A DNA stretch of 55,627 nt, counting the filler, from Sphacelaria rigidula (lineage: Eukaryota), in NCBI GenBank assembly GCA_964200075.2. It is 6 parts of 6 records of this genome, joined end to end, with 100 filler letters (N's around TTAATTAATTAA, not from the genome) between each part and the next. Parts side by side here need not be neighbours in the genome. Positions count along the whole stretch, not along the records: positions 9,289 to 18,476 come from CAXNAA020009096.1; positions 18,577 to 27,764 come from CAXNAA020009097.1; 4 more parts are not named here. One strand, given 5' to 3'. The position numbers were made by a program, and so were the translations under genes. How positions within the stretch are numbered: position 1 is the first letter of the stretch; every line of letters starts with the position of its first letter. The notes under the pieces are model-generated. The model worked only from the letters and a program-made list of their open reading frames with translations, was not told the DNA's origin and did no database searches. Of the stretch, positions 10,341 to 24,016 are shown in pieces.

Positions 10341-13300
10341 CGTAGATCCGCCTTGAATCGCCGATAAGTCACTAATTTCGCGTCCTACCACCTGGAAAAC
10401 AACGAGCAGGACGTGGACATCGGCGGAAAACCCAACGGCGCTTACGTGGGAAAGCTACCTACCCTGATAACGCCACAAGGACAAAACAGGGCGGCCGTCA
10501 TGATATCAGTTTTTGCGCCGAAATTTGATCTGTCTACATCGAGGGGGAGGCGCCATGGCAACGCAGACCTTCCTCGGCGAGGGTGAGTTCCAGCGCCAAC
10601 AGTTGTATCTGGTTGCTACGCACATTTATCGTCACGACGGTATGTTGTCAATTGTTTCCATCTATTTCGCAGGTTGTTCATTTTTTATTCGCGCGCTGAA
10701 CTCCTCCCCTTACCGGGGGACGACTCAAAGGTCACAAGGGCTCAACCCGTCTCTCCCCGGCATACGCCTTGAATTGTGATATCGCGGACTAGGTAAGCAC
10801 CCCAGCACGCCGTAGAATCATACAAGATATTCTCAGTCATGTACTTCGGCAACTCACGCTGCCATGCCTTCCACAGCGATACACATGCACCACGGAGACA
10901 GAGCCTAACGCAACGGGAGTCTAACCCCTGATCTGTTCACACTATAGGGTACAAAGGGACAAAGGCATCACATGGCCGAGGCGGTGTCGTTGTGCGTCGA
11001 TAATAATATGAGTCTTTGGAAAGCGAAACCCGCGTTCTACACTCACGGTCTAAGAACTCGGAGCCAGTCTTGATCAGGATTCCACGATGATTGAACGTCC
11101 ACAGTTAGTTTCTCACGGTGGAAGCCGGAGGAGGTGTCGCGCATCACTAATGCGCCGTTTCAAAGTGTCGGCGAGATGACGGGATACAAACAAACATCCC
11201 TCATCGGGTGTCTCAGACCTCATCACAGGAGCAACGCGGAACGGCCCTCGCCCCATCCCGATGACAGCAACGTGGTTCACGCGTACTCAGATGGGGTCAC
11301 CATCATGAGCCGGTCACAACGGGGGATTTTCTGAAAATGGTCTGAACAAAAACAATGAGTCAACTCAGAAGCAGTATTTTCCCATTAAACCCGAGTTCAC
11401 ATTAACTATTTCCGGGGATTTTTACTTTCCCGTTCCCCCAAAGGGTATCAATCGAGGAAAATTTCTTGGCGTATCAAGCGCCCCTTTCTTCACCCCGACG
11501 TATGTGCTTCCTCACTTACATACTCTTTGGGGGAGTGGGGGGGGGGGGGTGGATAAAGCCACGGAAGTAGTTTCTGGAAGGCCGGCACTGATTGAGGTGG
11601 TCCTTATAAACGTCGATTGTCACGATTTCAAATCAACAGAGGAAGCACTGCGTTTGAGTTGAACCACATTATTTTATTCACGTTTTTTTTTCCAATACGC
11701 CGTTTCACGGAAGAAAAGCCAGTGATGTTGGAATACGGCGGCGGATTCACGAAAATAATGGTGCCCGTCACGGCATCAGATGAAAGTTGGCGTCTATAGC
11801 TATCATTAGATGCAGATTTATCGGAGTTGGACCCTACGCAGAATACAGCAGAGGGCGGGAAAACAGGGTGTTCGGATACATACGCGAAGCCGCAGAAACG
11901 ACAAATAATCGGGACCAACCAGTGGACGCCAACCACAGGTGGAAAGTTCGAATCCCTCGACTGGAAGCGCGGATACTCTCGAGGGTGCCATTGGTGCCCC
12001 CGCGGTAATAGACATGCCCACCGGGGAAGAAACCTTCGTCACGAGGATATATTACATGGCTTTTATAAAGGACAAACCGTCCACCCACAGCGGCGGTCGA
12101 GAGATACGGACTGGCCACCTGTGACGGCAACAAGAACCGGTTTCTTGGGGGTAAGGTTCATATCCAAGGGCGTCGCGTCCACCAACCGGGTGGCCAACAC
12201 TGACACCAAATATCGGGCGCCCTTTTCATTTACAACACCCCGACTGACGCCTGCACCCCCACCTGTTCCCCGGCATGGGCCGGCCATCAGGACAAAAATA
12301 AGGCTCGCCACACACAATCTGTCACCGACTGGTACCGAGATAGCCCCCTTCCAAAACCAGCCCAAAACCGCCACCGGAGACAATACCCGCACAGCGCGTG
12401 ATGTTTGGCTTCAGGGCCAATGAAGCGCCTTAGATGGGCGACATGGGCGAAGACGAACCCAAGCGTTGATATTCCACCCTGCACGGATTTTTTCATTTCG
12501 AGATACGTGTAAAGTTTGACTCCGAAAACCATCCACTTTTTGTGGGGGGGCCACCTCGCCAAAAAAACAAATCTGCATCTAATTTTGCCCCAGACATGGA
12601 GGTGATTTATGAACTGTGCCCTCATCGAGGCTCGTGGAGAGGAGCAGAGCCTGACTATGGATCTGAGAGTTGACAACATCGAGTTATTCATTATTCATGA
12701 AATTTTGACACTCACTATAGATGATTACGCCGCCGTACACATGTCATAGTCTCGATTCACACATGACTCCCGACTTTTCCGTAATCCAACAGAGGCCACG
12801 GAGAAGCTGGCAAAACTGAAGACCTCTCTCACCGCAGACGGGGCGATACTAGCGGCTACTGTATTCGACTTCTTCTCCTTCAAGGAAGCCAGACTGAAAG
12901 GTCGCCATGCTCACCTCCACGAAGCCACATCCAGGGTGAGGACGTATTTCACTTGTTCTACCGGTGATGTATATACACAAAAACATAGTAGTCCTTCATC
13001 GAAATCAAGGGAATCGCTTCCTAGTGGTAATTGAGCCCGAAATATTGCCTGACAATAGTCATTTATAAACTGTCTGACCTCAACTTTCCACTCGCTTGAA
13101 ACAAATTTGGCAGCGTTGTCGACGTTAATCGCGGTTTGCGTAAGATGGAGAGACGAAAAACAATTGAGAATGAAAGCGGTCAGGTTGTGGATGAATCGGT
13201 TCAGTTCCGACAGGCCCATCCACGAGGCCAGGAATGCCTCCTCTAATTACTCGACACTACTGAAACTCTGAGATCCCTCAGCAGGGTATGGAGGTGAAGC

Positions 13301-14923
13301 TGTAAAAATACGCCCACGATGCGGGGGGGAACCTGAAAGCGCAGGACACTTTATCATTCGGCACATGATATATTAAAGTCTCAGTGTGGCAGTACGACAC
13401 ATCATGACAAAGTCAGTACTGCGAGAGCAGTGAACGAACACTGCGCGAGCGGAGTTGGGTTGTACAGCAGTCTTACATCACACTGCGAGTACAGCGACAA
13501 CAGACTAGGAGAGTACAGCAACGTTCGTCATGATGATACAGCAGTGCAGTGCAGTTCAAAATACAACCATCTCCGCAGAGATACGCTGCCAAAACCCATT
13601 GTCCTTTTGTAAAAACCCCGTGCGAAGCTGTTCGAGCAGCTGACACGGATGTGTCCGCCCTAAGCTGCCGTGAGACCGGCTTCCGCCGCGTTCGCCAAAA
13701 TATCCAACTCTTCGTGCTCTCATAGTACGTCGAGCGAACCTGGGTTTTAACCCTAACCCGATGACTTTTAGTCGAACCTGAGTTTGTTAACCGTTGGGGA
13801 ACTGTACCCCCAGGGAGTGCTGATTTTTGTTTTTGTGAATCGGCATCATTTTCAGCCATTGTAACGGTTCTGACTCTAACTGTGTAACCCCGGCGAGGAC
13901 AACGGTTCTGGACGGCCATGTCATGTCACTCCACCTGTCAATCTATTGTGGCATTTACATAGTTCGAAGTACGTATCCAGGGCCCACGAACATGAGATGG
14001 CAGAATTCAACCATGTGGCCAACTCTTGGTCCCGCAGTGAACATAAGGTGAATGAGAACCAAGATAGCATACAGTGCAGGTCAACGATCCACGACTCACA
14101 GATGAGAGTAACGTGCCCATGGTACAGAGCCCATGAATTCAGAAGTTTCCACCTCTATGAAGTCTGAAATCCTGCACAAACCCCAGGTGACCAACAGGTG
14201 AGGGGCGGTCACCTGGAACGACTAGCGCATGGGACGCATGCAAATGCCCTGCACACCTGAGTTTATTAAGCAGAAGTTGTCTGTATACGGCTAGTCGTCT
14301 TATCCCATGACTTTTAGTCGAACCTGAGTTTATTTGTCCTAACCGTGGGAGGTTTGGCAGAGGTGATCCACCAAGGCCACCGGAGAACACGATATACGTG
14401 ATGTGCTGTGCCGAGTCTGCACATTGCCGCGACTGAATGAAAAAAGAACCGTGAAGCGTTTCCTCGTCATGGACCATGTATATATACAACACATAACCTC
14501 ACATGTCAGAACGGTACCTCGCTTGGTTCTCGTTTCCCCGATCTGCCTGCAGATTTGGAGAAAGCGAGATGGCATAGCGGAATAGAAAGAGTATGTCACG
14601 ACACCCGCCTTGACATACGGTTCCTAAAATAAGGAACCACTGCCCCAATCAATCCTATAAGACGATCATCACGAGCCAATGCGCTGACACATATGAGACC
14701 GTCAACAAACACGGAATTCACACATTATTAGTGAGGCCACACGTTCGTGACATTACGAACTCCTACAATCAGATTCCTGCTCACACGCCCTCCAAATACA
14801 CACTATATATATACAACATATATATATATATACTTGTAATCCTCACACATGTAACAAACAAGTATTGACTTCGTCATGTATATGCCATCGCGCTCAATCG
14901 TACGTGACGCATGAGGTATACAG

Positions 14924-15308
14924 AAGCCGGGCCTGTATGCACTGGTCGATCGAGCAGCGTCGTTCGTTCGACAAGTGTATGTCGACCACCACAATCCCAC
15001 ACCACATGCTGATGAGGTGCTAGGGTCTGGCTGGCGAGGCGCCATGTACCCCGCGGGCGATGATGTGACCGACGAGGAAGAGAAAGCGGTGAGGAACATG
15101 CAGGTTAGGGTTAACGAACACGTGACCGAGCACCTACTATCTGGTCACTTAGCTCATTTCAAGGGGTCAGCATTCTCCACGCTCGTGTACGCATGGGCTA
15201 TGAAAAGGGACGCGCCCATCATCGATGCTATGATGCGACGCCTCCTGGACGAGGATCAAGACAATGTCCCAACGCCACAACAAGCAACAACGAAATGAAA
15301 AGGAAAGG
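14924..15308 (+). pseudogene. Putative exon of an unknown multi-exon gene, with an in-frame TGA near its end
   Basis: TACAG| acceptor, then KPGLYALVDRAASFVRQVYVDHHNP...ATTK* and a possible AAG|GTGCG donor just after the stop; protein-like composition; no recognised domain. Confidence 0.35.
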
Positions 15309-16038
15309 TGCGGAACATAGTAATAAAATAATACATCGGTGAGCCACGAAATGGACACCAGATTTTGATAAGACACGATATAGCCGAATCGGCCGCCTGC
15401 AATCACAGAAGACACACACATATATATATATATATGCTACCTACCTCCTCAATCCCCATATCCTGCTTCCCTTTGTGGACGACCTTCGAAAAACTACTTT
15501 CCATCGTCATGCCACGACGGTGATGCACACGCAATGAGACAGGATATAAAAATGTATCATAGCAATTCACGTGATGAAATAGACATACCGCCATGTAAAA
15601 CCTGATGCATACCACACACGTCAACTAGGATGTTAGCCCGGACAGTTTCGTGTACAGTCTGGCGAAAATACCCCTGGCCCGTTGGAATACAAAGGTAGTC
15701 GTACGCTCCCCGATACATAACCAGGCAATCGTTTTTGAGTGGGACCAAGAGTTTTTAATATTGGGAACCTCAGGGGATAGTATGGCAAAAACACCGTAGC
15801 CTCACTGGAAAGATAATGTTCTCACCCGTACCTCTTGTGTGTAGACAATACACGTGATACTCCATCAGGCGAAATCCGTCAGGGACCAAATTATCGACTT
15901 TCATACGGGAACCGAAATCAATCTCAAACACGGTAAGTGCTAAATCAGAATCGTCCCAATGTCGGCTAGTTACACGACCTACACATATTACCCACAGCTT
16001 TCGGTGTATGCGGATGTGATGGGGGGTGCCGAGGGACC

Positions 16039-17697
16039 TTGGACTCCACCACCCTATACATGGGAATAATCCATTCGTCACAATATGCCGTTGACACGCG
16101 TACCCCTGACGCCCCCGCGACCTCCTTTGTGCACTATCTCTTGACGATCCGGCTATTCCCTATCCACAACGTGAAGGCCAAGAAAGGCCGGATTAAACGC
16201 AAGAGGGACACGAAACGAAGTTCTGCTTGCATAGCACCGTGTCTTGCACAGGTGTTCAGCTTGTCCGCAAAGACTCAGTGCAAACCGGAGCTCACGGAAA
16301 AAATTCGACATATTGGAGCCGTCAACAGCGTCAGAATTTTTGCGCTTCAACTCGCAAGGGAAGACATTATTGTCCTTCTGGCCACGTCCCTGGCGAAGAG
16401 GAAACACTGCGCACCGCTTCAGTCGAAAGAAGAACGGAAGGAGATCCCAGGAGTTCTTTCTGGGGTGGATGGTCTCGTTAGCGAGAAGCACGCGGAGCAT
16501 TTCATGCGCGAAAATGGGAAAGCCATTCTAGAGATGGAACAATACGCTGTCGCCTCCTTCCGCAGGCTAACTCAACATTTGTCGAAGCAGGACAAAGCGT
16601 TACTCACGTCCATCAACAAACAGGCTATGAAGCCTACCGCCGGGGCAGCCGAGAAGGAAAGGCTTCGGAAAACAAGGGAAGGCGACGGCCGCGATTACCG
16701 CAACTCCAGCAAGTCGTGTTTTGAGCCCGGATACAAACTTCTACCCTACATCTCCATCACGGCCGTGGAAATTGATTTAGACGCAAAGGCATGGTGCGAC
16801 TGGGCGAACCATGTAGATAGCCCTCTAAAGGAGAAGAATGAATCATGCGGCAAGCAGAGAAGGACGCTGGCGACAGAACTCTCGATGCTGGTGGTCGACA
16901 GATTTGTTGCGGGAATGACGAGTGATGACGATGAAGAGAGGAAGGCACTGGAGAAGTTCAAGGAAATATTATCCGCACTGGATGTGAACGGTTTCTTATT
17001 CCAGGTCATGAAACAAAACACCGACGCCTTGTCCTGCGACGGCAAGCCGTTCTTCACAGGGGCCAGACTGGCAGCCGTGAAGGCCAGACTGGCAGCCGTT
17101 GAGGCACTTGCGTCACAGGCGCGTTGACCAATACGATCAACATCCGCGGAAGACGAGACTGGATCAACGATGGGAGGGGACGAGACACTCCCGGCCCAGG
17201 ACGACGCAGAACAGGTGGGCTTGCAACAAGACGTCCAGCGTACAGATACGGGGGCGTCAGACACGTACACTAGAAAGGACAACGTCTGGCTGAGACGGAC
17301 GGACCGCGTGGGCACCACGGCTACCATTCAAGACCCCATATCCATCCACGTCGCCCTGGATGCATTGAATTCGCTAGGACTACTAGGGGCGAACGGGCAA
17401 CCTGTCCTGGGACGGAAGCCGATCACGGTTCCATTATCAATACGCGACGACGACGACGACCCCGAAGAACTTCCCGTCGGCGCTGTAGGCAACCCTGCGC
17501 AACTGGCGGCAGACAACAGTAACACACACTCGGGTGGCGACGGCAACCAGCGGGCTGATCTTGTGTCGAAGGTCGTAACGAGCAGGTGCGCACGGTCACA
17601 ATGCCGACACGGTAGGGGTGCACCTTCTACACCAAAAGAAGAGTTCGTAACTTTAGGAAGTTGCACATGCTGCGATATTATGCAAAATGATGCCTGA
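16039..17697 (+). pseudogene. Long orphan reading frame (362 aa + 175 aa, same frame, one TGA between); probable large exon, product unknown
   Basis: ORFs 16039-17127 and 17170-17697 share a frame with only the TGA at 17125-17127 interrupting; possible donor CAG|GTGCG at 17585/17586; 21-bp in-frame tandem duplication (ARLAAVK/ARLAAVE). Confidence 0.5.
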
Positions 17698-18476
17698 TAT
17701 CCTGATTACCGCGTGAATTCAAGAAATTCAATAGAGACCGACATTACCTGCAAGTTCAGGACAGTGAATGGCAATAATGAAACTTTCAATTGCTCTTCGG
17801 GTTATCGATTTCAACACATCTCCCCCCCCCCCCCTTCCCCCACCCTAACATGCCACAACCGGTCGCGACGTTGACTGTTTTACTGTAGACTAGACTACAA
17901 GACACACTACAGCACATCACGGCACAGTTCCGCACAAACCAGCACGGCAGCGTACTGTGTGCTCCCACGATACAACACTGTACGCTGCACTACACAACAC
18001 TCACGGGCTCACTACACTTGCCACAATAGAACAAGCCCAACGCAGAGCAGCGCAGTATAACACAGAACATTACTGTGATACCCTACCGTACTGTGAACGG
18101 TAACGGTGCCGACTGCGCACACGATGCTTTCAGATTTTTTGGCGATGTGACATGATGACTCTTCTGGTCACTCAGAGCCATCATTTCAATGAAAAGATCA
18201 TACTAGTCGTACATCGTTTGTAACTCATACAGCTTCTTAGCTTGTGCCTGGCTCAGTATAACCCGAAGGTTCTCGCTTCATACCTTCCATGACTTCCAGG
18301 GTAAATAATGGGCATATAAGTCAACTCTGCGCTGAAAATTTGGATGCATCGGTTGTACATGTCACCCGTTTCTTATTATCATGAGTCGGGAACGTCATGT
18401 ACAACTTGCTTGGCCAACTTGTTGGGGATGAGCGCCCGCACATTCTTCCCACCTTCGGGCTAATGCGGGACTGACA

Positions 18477-18576
18477 NNNNNNNNNNNNNNNNNNNNNNNN
18501 NNNNNNNNNNNNNNNNNNNNTTAATTAATTAANNNNNNNNNNNNNNNNNNNNNNNNNNNNNNNNNNNNNNNNNNNN
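18477..18576. other. Artificial contig linker
   Basis: N44-TTAATTAATTAA-N44. Confidence 0.99.
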
Positions 18577-18639
18577 AGATAACGGGCTCCTAACAATTCT
18601 AATCTCAGAAATTATTTCTGTACCCCTACCGTAGCATCA

Positions 18640-18644
18640 CTCCC

Positions 18645-18676
<32 letters not shown>

Positions 18677-18862
18677 CAGGAACAAACAGCAGTAACAACA
18701 AAATAACGACAAACACAAACACAAACACAAACACGAACACGAGCAAAGACAAAAAATATGATGATCGCGCATTACGTAGCTGATTGCAACAATCCAGCTC
18801 GTAATCAGAAACAAAAAGGAGAAAAATGAAAGAAAAATGAAAGAAAAATGAAAGAAATGAAT
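18640..18862. repeat. Compound microsatellite (CAC)n, (AAC)n, (ACAAAC)n, (GAAAAATGAAA)n
   Basis: Directly visible. Confidence 0.9.
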
Positions 18863-19581
18863 CATTGCAAGTGTTAAGATGGGAGAAGGAGTTGCAGGTG
18901 CGGGGTAATAGCCGTCCTGGGGGCGGGACGGGATGGGGAATAATCTGACATAGATTGGGGTGACGTCTCTCGTCTTGGTCTATAACGTATTGATGACGAT
19001 CTCAGACGAATAATCGTTGGGGCACACAACCTTAAAGTTTCAAGCGACAGGGGGAAACTTACCATCATAGCCGAGAATGATGTGAAGGCATGCCCAGGTC
19101 ACAATGTAGGGCATCCCCTGCCCGAAGAACGCTTACGGGGGAAACATTCAATTATTTTCGATCGTGAACCAAATAATACCGACGCCCTCGCACACGTAAG
19201 GAATAATACTAGATACATTATATTAATTGATTGATGCATTGATTGATTGGTTGGTTGATGAGTCTTTTTATCGGACAAGGGGAAGACAAAAGCGCCAGAA
19301 CGTGTAAACCTGAGTCATGGATTTATAAACTACGCCTCTGGCACTTCCATGGGATGCAATTCCCTCGAACGTTCCTCCAAAGTCGCATTGGTCCTGCTAC
19401 ATAGCCCGAGTATACAATATGTATAACGATGCCCCTGAAAATGCGACGTATGTTATTGAACAGTATGAAGCGATGTTTGCCCATTTGTGACCCCACGACA
19501 CTCGGGGAAATGAAATCCACACATATATCACGTTCCCAAATGACATTAGCGCGTGGGGGGCACCAGGTGAGTGGCACCAGG

Positions 19582-19804
19582 TGTAATGCGTGAGAGGACC
19601 GCGTGCTTAGAGAACCGAATCGGAACTTGAACATCCCTATGGTTAGGGTTAGGGTTGGGGTTGGCGTTAGGGTTAGGGTTGAGGTTCGGGTCAGGGGTGT
19701 GGTCCCTGCAGGACTGGCCCGATTTATTTTTGAAAAACGTTGATCCTGAGGTGTTTCGAACTACGATGCGGTCCTCTAAGCACGCGATCTTCTCACGCAT
19801 TGCA
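19582..19804 (+). mobile_element. 223-bp TGT-ended MITE (Ginger-like ends) with 5-bp TSD CCAGG and internal telomere-like (TTAGGG)n
   Basis: CCAGG|TGTAATGCGTGAGAGGACCGCGTGCTTAGAG...CTCTAAGCACGCGATCTTCTCACGCATTGCA|CCAGG; TTAGGG-like tract at 19641-19697. Confidence 0.85.
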
Positions 19805-21460
19805 CCAGGACTACAGTAGTGGGCGGTCTAGCTATTCAGGGGTGTTTTGGGCATTTCCTCGCGTACTCCTCTTCGATAGAACTAGAAATTGCTAGCGTCG
19901 GTAAATTTTGGTACAATGAAAAGATCATCCTCGGAACATAGTGCCCAAGTCAGTGGCAGTTGATGTTATCGGGCGAAACGAGTAAATACCCCGTTCCTCA
20001 GGAGGGTGTTATTGACCGTGAAACACAGTTTTTCGGCCCTAGTGTGATATAGAGGGGAGTATAGACAGGTTCCACACCTTCCTAGCTATGATCAATGTGC
20101 TGCAAGCTTGAGTAGGTGCGCAAACGCACTAGGTGCCCGAGTAAAACAAGCTGCAAATGCACACGTGCAGATTCACGTGACTGTTGGTCACAGTAGCAAC
20201 AAACAAAAGGAGCTCAAAGGCTTGATATCTTTTAACTCTCACTGGTTATTCCCTTGATCGCCCAGCACACTGTTCTCACCAATGGTATACAGTAGGAGCA
20301 GATGATCCGGCTCAAAGGGTAGCTCAAGAGTGAGCGAGGGTGCATGAGGCACGGTAGAGCAACCTATTTTTGAACTCGGCCCGGGAAGGCTTTTCGCCTC
20401 CCGGGGACTAGGGCACACCAAATCTGTACACTACCCTTCCCCAGCTAAGGTACGCCAGTCTGTTCACCAATCTTCCCAGAGCTATGGGAGCATTCCCCGT
20501 GGACAGATCGGATGATCTGTAAGCCAACCTGCCCCAAAGTTGTCTGTGGGAACAAATAACGTCTCTCTATCTTCCTTCCTCATGACACTAGTGCAATAAG
20601 CAGGCAGAATTTCGGAACAATAAAACTGTACAATTCTTGACAAATATGACCGGGACAGGACCCCCGATGACCGGTCAGCTCGTCAGTCACTCAATGTTGG
20701 GTACAGATGTTTTTTTCTTCTTGAAATGCGAAGCGGATACAAATATCTTCAGATCCCCGATGTGATTAGCGATGGCAAGCGAAAAGAGTCCGAGAAAATC
20801 GCCTATTACGAAAAAATCACAAAATGCCATGAAATGAATAGTTAGACCGCCCACTACTGTAACTCTGCACTCTATTCTCATACATACCTTATGCCTCCAA
20901 TTCCCACTATCCGCATGGCACACGTCCGGGATATGAAGATAACCATCCGCTGTACAAGAGCGCTGATTGATTGATTGATTGATTGTCGCACTTCAACTAA
21001 CCCCCCAGGGGTCGAGCCGTGGTCGCATGATAGACGTACCCAAGAAAAGCAAAACGGAAACACTCGCTGGAGAAAAAAAGGAACACTAAAAGTCGAACAG
21101 AACGACATAATAGACTAAGACGTAACGCTGAGGGAATCACAATTGTCGACTCTGCCTGTAACGTACCGTACGTGGTACGAATCACGATGACTCTAGGCAT
21201 GCAGACAAATCTATAGCGTCGACTTACAATGCTGGGGCCTCCCGGTCGATCTCTCAGCTTCTAATAATGCAGGAGTGATGTCCGACATGCTCTCTCCAAC
21301 GAATGAAGCACAAGTCTTTCTGCAGCCCTCGCTGTTCCCATTGTTTGTGTGTCTTGCGGTGCTGGGTTTGAAGTGCCTGGTGCAACCTCGGTGTCTTGAC
21401 ACCTCACACGCGGCCATTTGGCTACCCCCAAAATTCCTCCAGCCCGGTCAACGTTTCGAG

Positions 21461-21573
21461 CCTCCAGAGGAATCAAACGCCTCGGGAGGGGTGCACTCCC
21501 CTCCAGAGGAGATTTTTTGGTGTCCTCCAGAGGGATTAAACGCCTCAGGAGGCTTGATTTTGCCTCTGGAGGG
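21461..21573. repeat. Cluster of CCTCCAGAGG-like motifs in direct and inverted orientation
   Basis: CCTCCAGAGG x3, AAACGCCTC(G/A)GGAGG x2, terminal CCTCTGGAGG; resembles transposon subterminal repeats. Confidence 0.5.
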
Positions 21574-22236
21574 CCACGCATCTCTCCGAAGGCATTTTAC
21601 TACCCCCAGATTAAGGGTGATGCTACGGGGTCAATTTTTTCCTGATTTCTCCGAATTTTCCGGGAAGAACACTTCCCCCCCGGAAAATAAAGGAGCAGAC
21701 TTCTGAACCATTTCAGGTAATATACCAATAATTGAAGACTGACGATACATATCTCCGAAAATCTAGCGTCGTGTTTCCCTTCCCGGCAATTTCGTTCCGG
21801 GAGAAGCCGTGAAAAGTTCCATTTTTTCAAGAAAAGTGACAAGTATGGAATTTTTTACCCCTTACCAAGACCCCTTACCTACCTATAGCATTCGAATACC
21901 GCCTGGATTTACAGTAGAAAAAGGTTTGCCGGGTGGTATACTCTGGAAGTACTATCTAACCGGCCTCCCATTCCAGTGTACTCCCTTGGTCCTCGGACCT
22001 CCTGGTCTGTACCTGTAAGCGTACTACTGGTTAGGGGTGCATACTCACAGTGTGGCATCAAGAAAAAACCACGGGTCGGTTGAAGCGGGAAACAGTAAAT
22101 TTGTATCGTCGGGTTACTAGTATTATCCTTCGTCTGTCCAAAAGCGTATGAATCATTGCCTTGACCGGTCTTCTTTTGTTGTCGGTTGGCTCCTCTATAA
22201 AGGTGCTCGTATTGGGAGGCGAATATTGTTTTACCC

Positions 22237-22401
22237 TGTAATGCGCGGAAGGACCGCGTGCTTTTTGGACCGCATCGGAGGGTTGGGGTCAGCGTCGCGA
22301 TCCCTGCAGGGACTGGCCCGAGCGGTCTTGAAATGCATCGATCCGGGGGTGTTCGAATTCCGATGCGGTTCAAAAAGCACGCGGTCCCCCCACGCATCAC
22401 A
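22237..22401 (+). mobile_element. Shorter related copy of the TGT-ended MITE, 4-bp TSD ACCC
   Basis: ACCC|TGTAATGCGCGGAAGGACCGCGTGCTT...AAGCACGCGGTCCCCCCACGCATCACA|ACCC; shares the CCCTGCAGG(G)ACTGGCCCGA core with 19582-19804. Confidence 0.8.
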
Positions 22402-23470
22402 ACCCATCTTGTGATTTTTGCTACTTTCGAATTATTTGCCTTCCTCGACTCCCTGCCACGAGGTTGAAAGGTGCGTATCGCATTTCCTTCTCAGAATCGT
22501 AGGTTGGTTTATCTGAAATCTTAGATCGCTAGTCTGATCGGCAGAACAGCAGTTAGCTGTGATGTGCAGGTCTGTTGTTGTTGTCTTCACATTAAAAGTC
22601 GTTCCGGTATCTGCGCTGTGCTGTACCGGGCATCTGACTCGGATGTATTCCGTGGTCACAGGCTACCACCCCATGTTAGGGTAAAAAGGAAAAGGAAAAT
22701 CAGGAAACCCACGAAAAATTCACACAGACTGAACAGCAGAATGATAAGGATATATATGCATCCTCAAGCCCCAAGGTGGTAACCCCTTGTTTTACGTGTG
22801 TACAGAGGATTTGTCGTAGCCCCCGTTACACACTCTAGCGCCTGGACCTTTTACGTCGCAGAGACGAGGGAGAGCAACGAACGGAGATTCATTAAGTGAG
22901 AACGAGTTCCCTGCCTCACTGGGACACGCCTATAGTACCCTCCGCGTAAAATTACGGGCACAAGTCGAGCTGAAACTACTTGATGAGTTGATGTTGACTT
23001 GATCCATCCAAGCAGCGTTTGGTGTGGAAAAACTTACAGGTGTGTCGTAAGAAACTGCCTCGTTCAATCATCACATCACGCCGCCCGCTATTGCTGCATA
23101 ATTTATGCGTCCCTTCACAGTGTAACCCCCAATGGGGTTGGCGTCGGTTGGCGATGGCGCTATAAAACACGCCACTCACTGCGTAAGCTAGGCAACCAAT
23201 TGTTACCGATATTTTTGCGCGCTTGCAATTGTTTTTGCGGTAACCATGATGGCAATCGAGCTAGATCATGTTGTGCGGCGTGGGAGAACCTCAACTCCGC
23301 ACAATGAGGATGATCATACTACATAGTGTTCAAATGATGACACATACACGAGGCAGCGTATAAGCCGTGGCTGTCTCTGGAAGTGGCGATGCCACAAGAT
23401 GAAGCAGCTTATTGTAGGCGGCCATCCAAATGCAAGATAATCAGTAGGCTTCGGGCCGAACAATCTTAGC

Positions 23471-23480
23471 NNNNNNNNNN
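23471..23480. other. Internal 10-N scaffold gap
   Basis: Run of 10 N, unlike the 100-bp linkers. Confidence 0.95.
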
Positions 23481-23565
23481 GACGTGCTCCGTCCCGGCTT
23501 TGTAGGGATACGAGGTCAATTGTCTGGTGACTATGGCATGCATGATCATGAGTACACCTCCCCTT
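23481..23565 (+). repeat. Interspersed repeat; other copies at ~31105-31225 (+) and ~35630-35760 (-)
   Basis: GTGCTCCGTCCCGGCTT(T/C)GTA(G/C)GGATACGAGGTCAAT...GCATGCA(T/A)GATCATGA shared by all three. Confidence 0.75.
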
Positions 23566-23595
23566 TCACAGTGCATCATATATATACTTCCCGTC

Positions 23596-24016
23596 AACAG
23601 CCTGGATCCGTTTGTGAGGTTCAAGATTCGGGTGAGGTTCAACTCGGAAACAGTGCTTTCCCTGACGTGAAGTCATGATCAATGAATTTCATATGGACGA
23701 CCTCATGCCCCCCGACCTCCTTGAAACTATTTTCGGGGGTTGCCCGTCTTCCGTGCCTCCAAAGCGTATGTGCCAAAGCACCTTTTTGCCTCGATATCGG
23801 GGCGAAAAAGGGGACGTGTTTAGCCCGAACTTGGTGGTTTCGCATATATGCTTTGGGGGCACGGAAGACGGGCAACCCGAATATAGTTTTAGGAGGTCGG
23901 GGGGCATGAGGTCGTTCATATAAATTTCGTTGGTCATGAGTTGAGGTCAGGAAAAGCACTGTTTTCGAGTTGAACATCACCCAATTATTGAACCTCAAAA
24001 ACGGATCGAGGCTGTT
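23596..24016. mobile_element. 421-bp near-complete palindrome (foldback MITE), AACAGCC...GGCTGTT ends, 4-bp TSD CGTC
   Basis: CGTC|AACAGCCTGGATCCGTTT...AAACGGATCGAGGCTGTT|CGTC; the arms pair over ~190 bp, which is why mirror ORFs 23675-23923(+) and 23689-23937(-) give similar peptides. Confidence 0.92.

Noticed and set aside
11617-13270. Decayed coding-like region on the plus strand
   Set aside because: Protein-like stretches with many stops and no motif I can name
19641-19697. True chromosome end
   Set aside because: Short, degenerate and internal to a TIR element with a TSD
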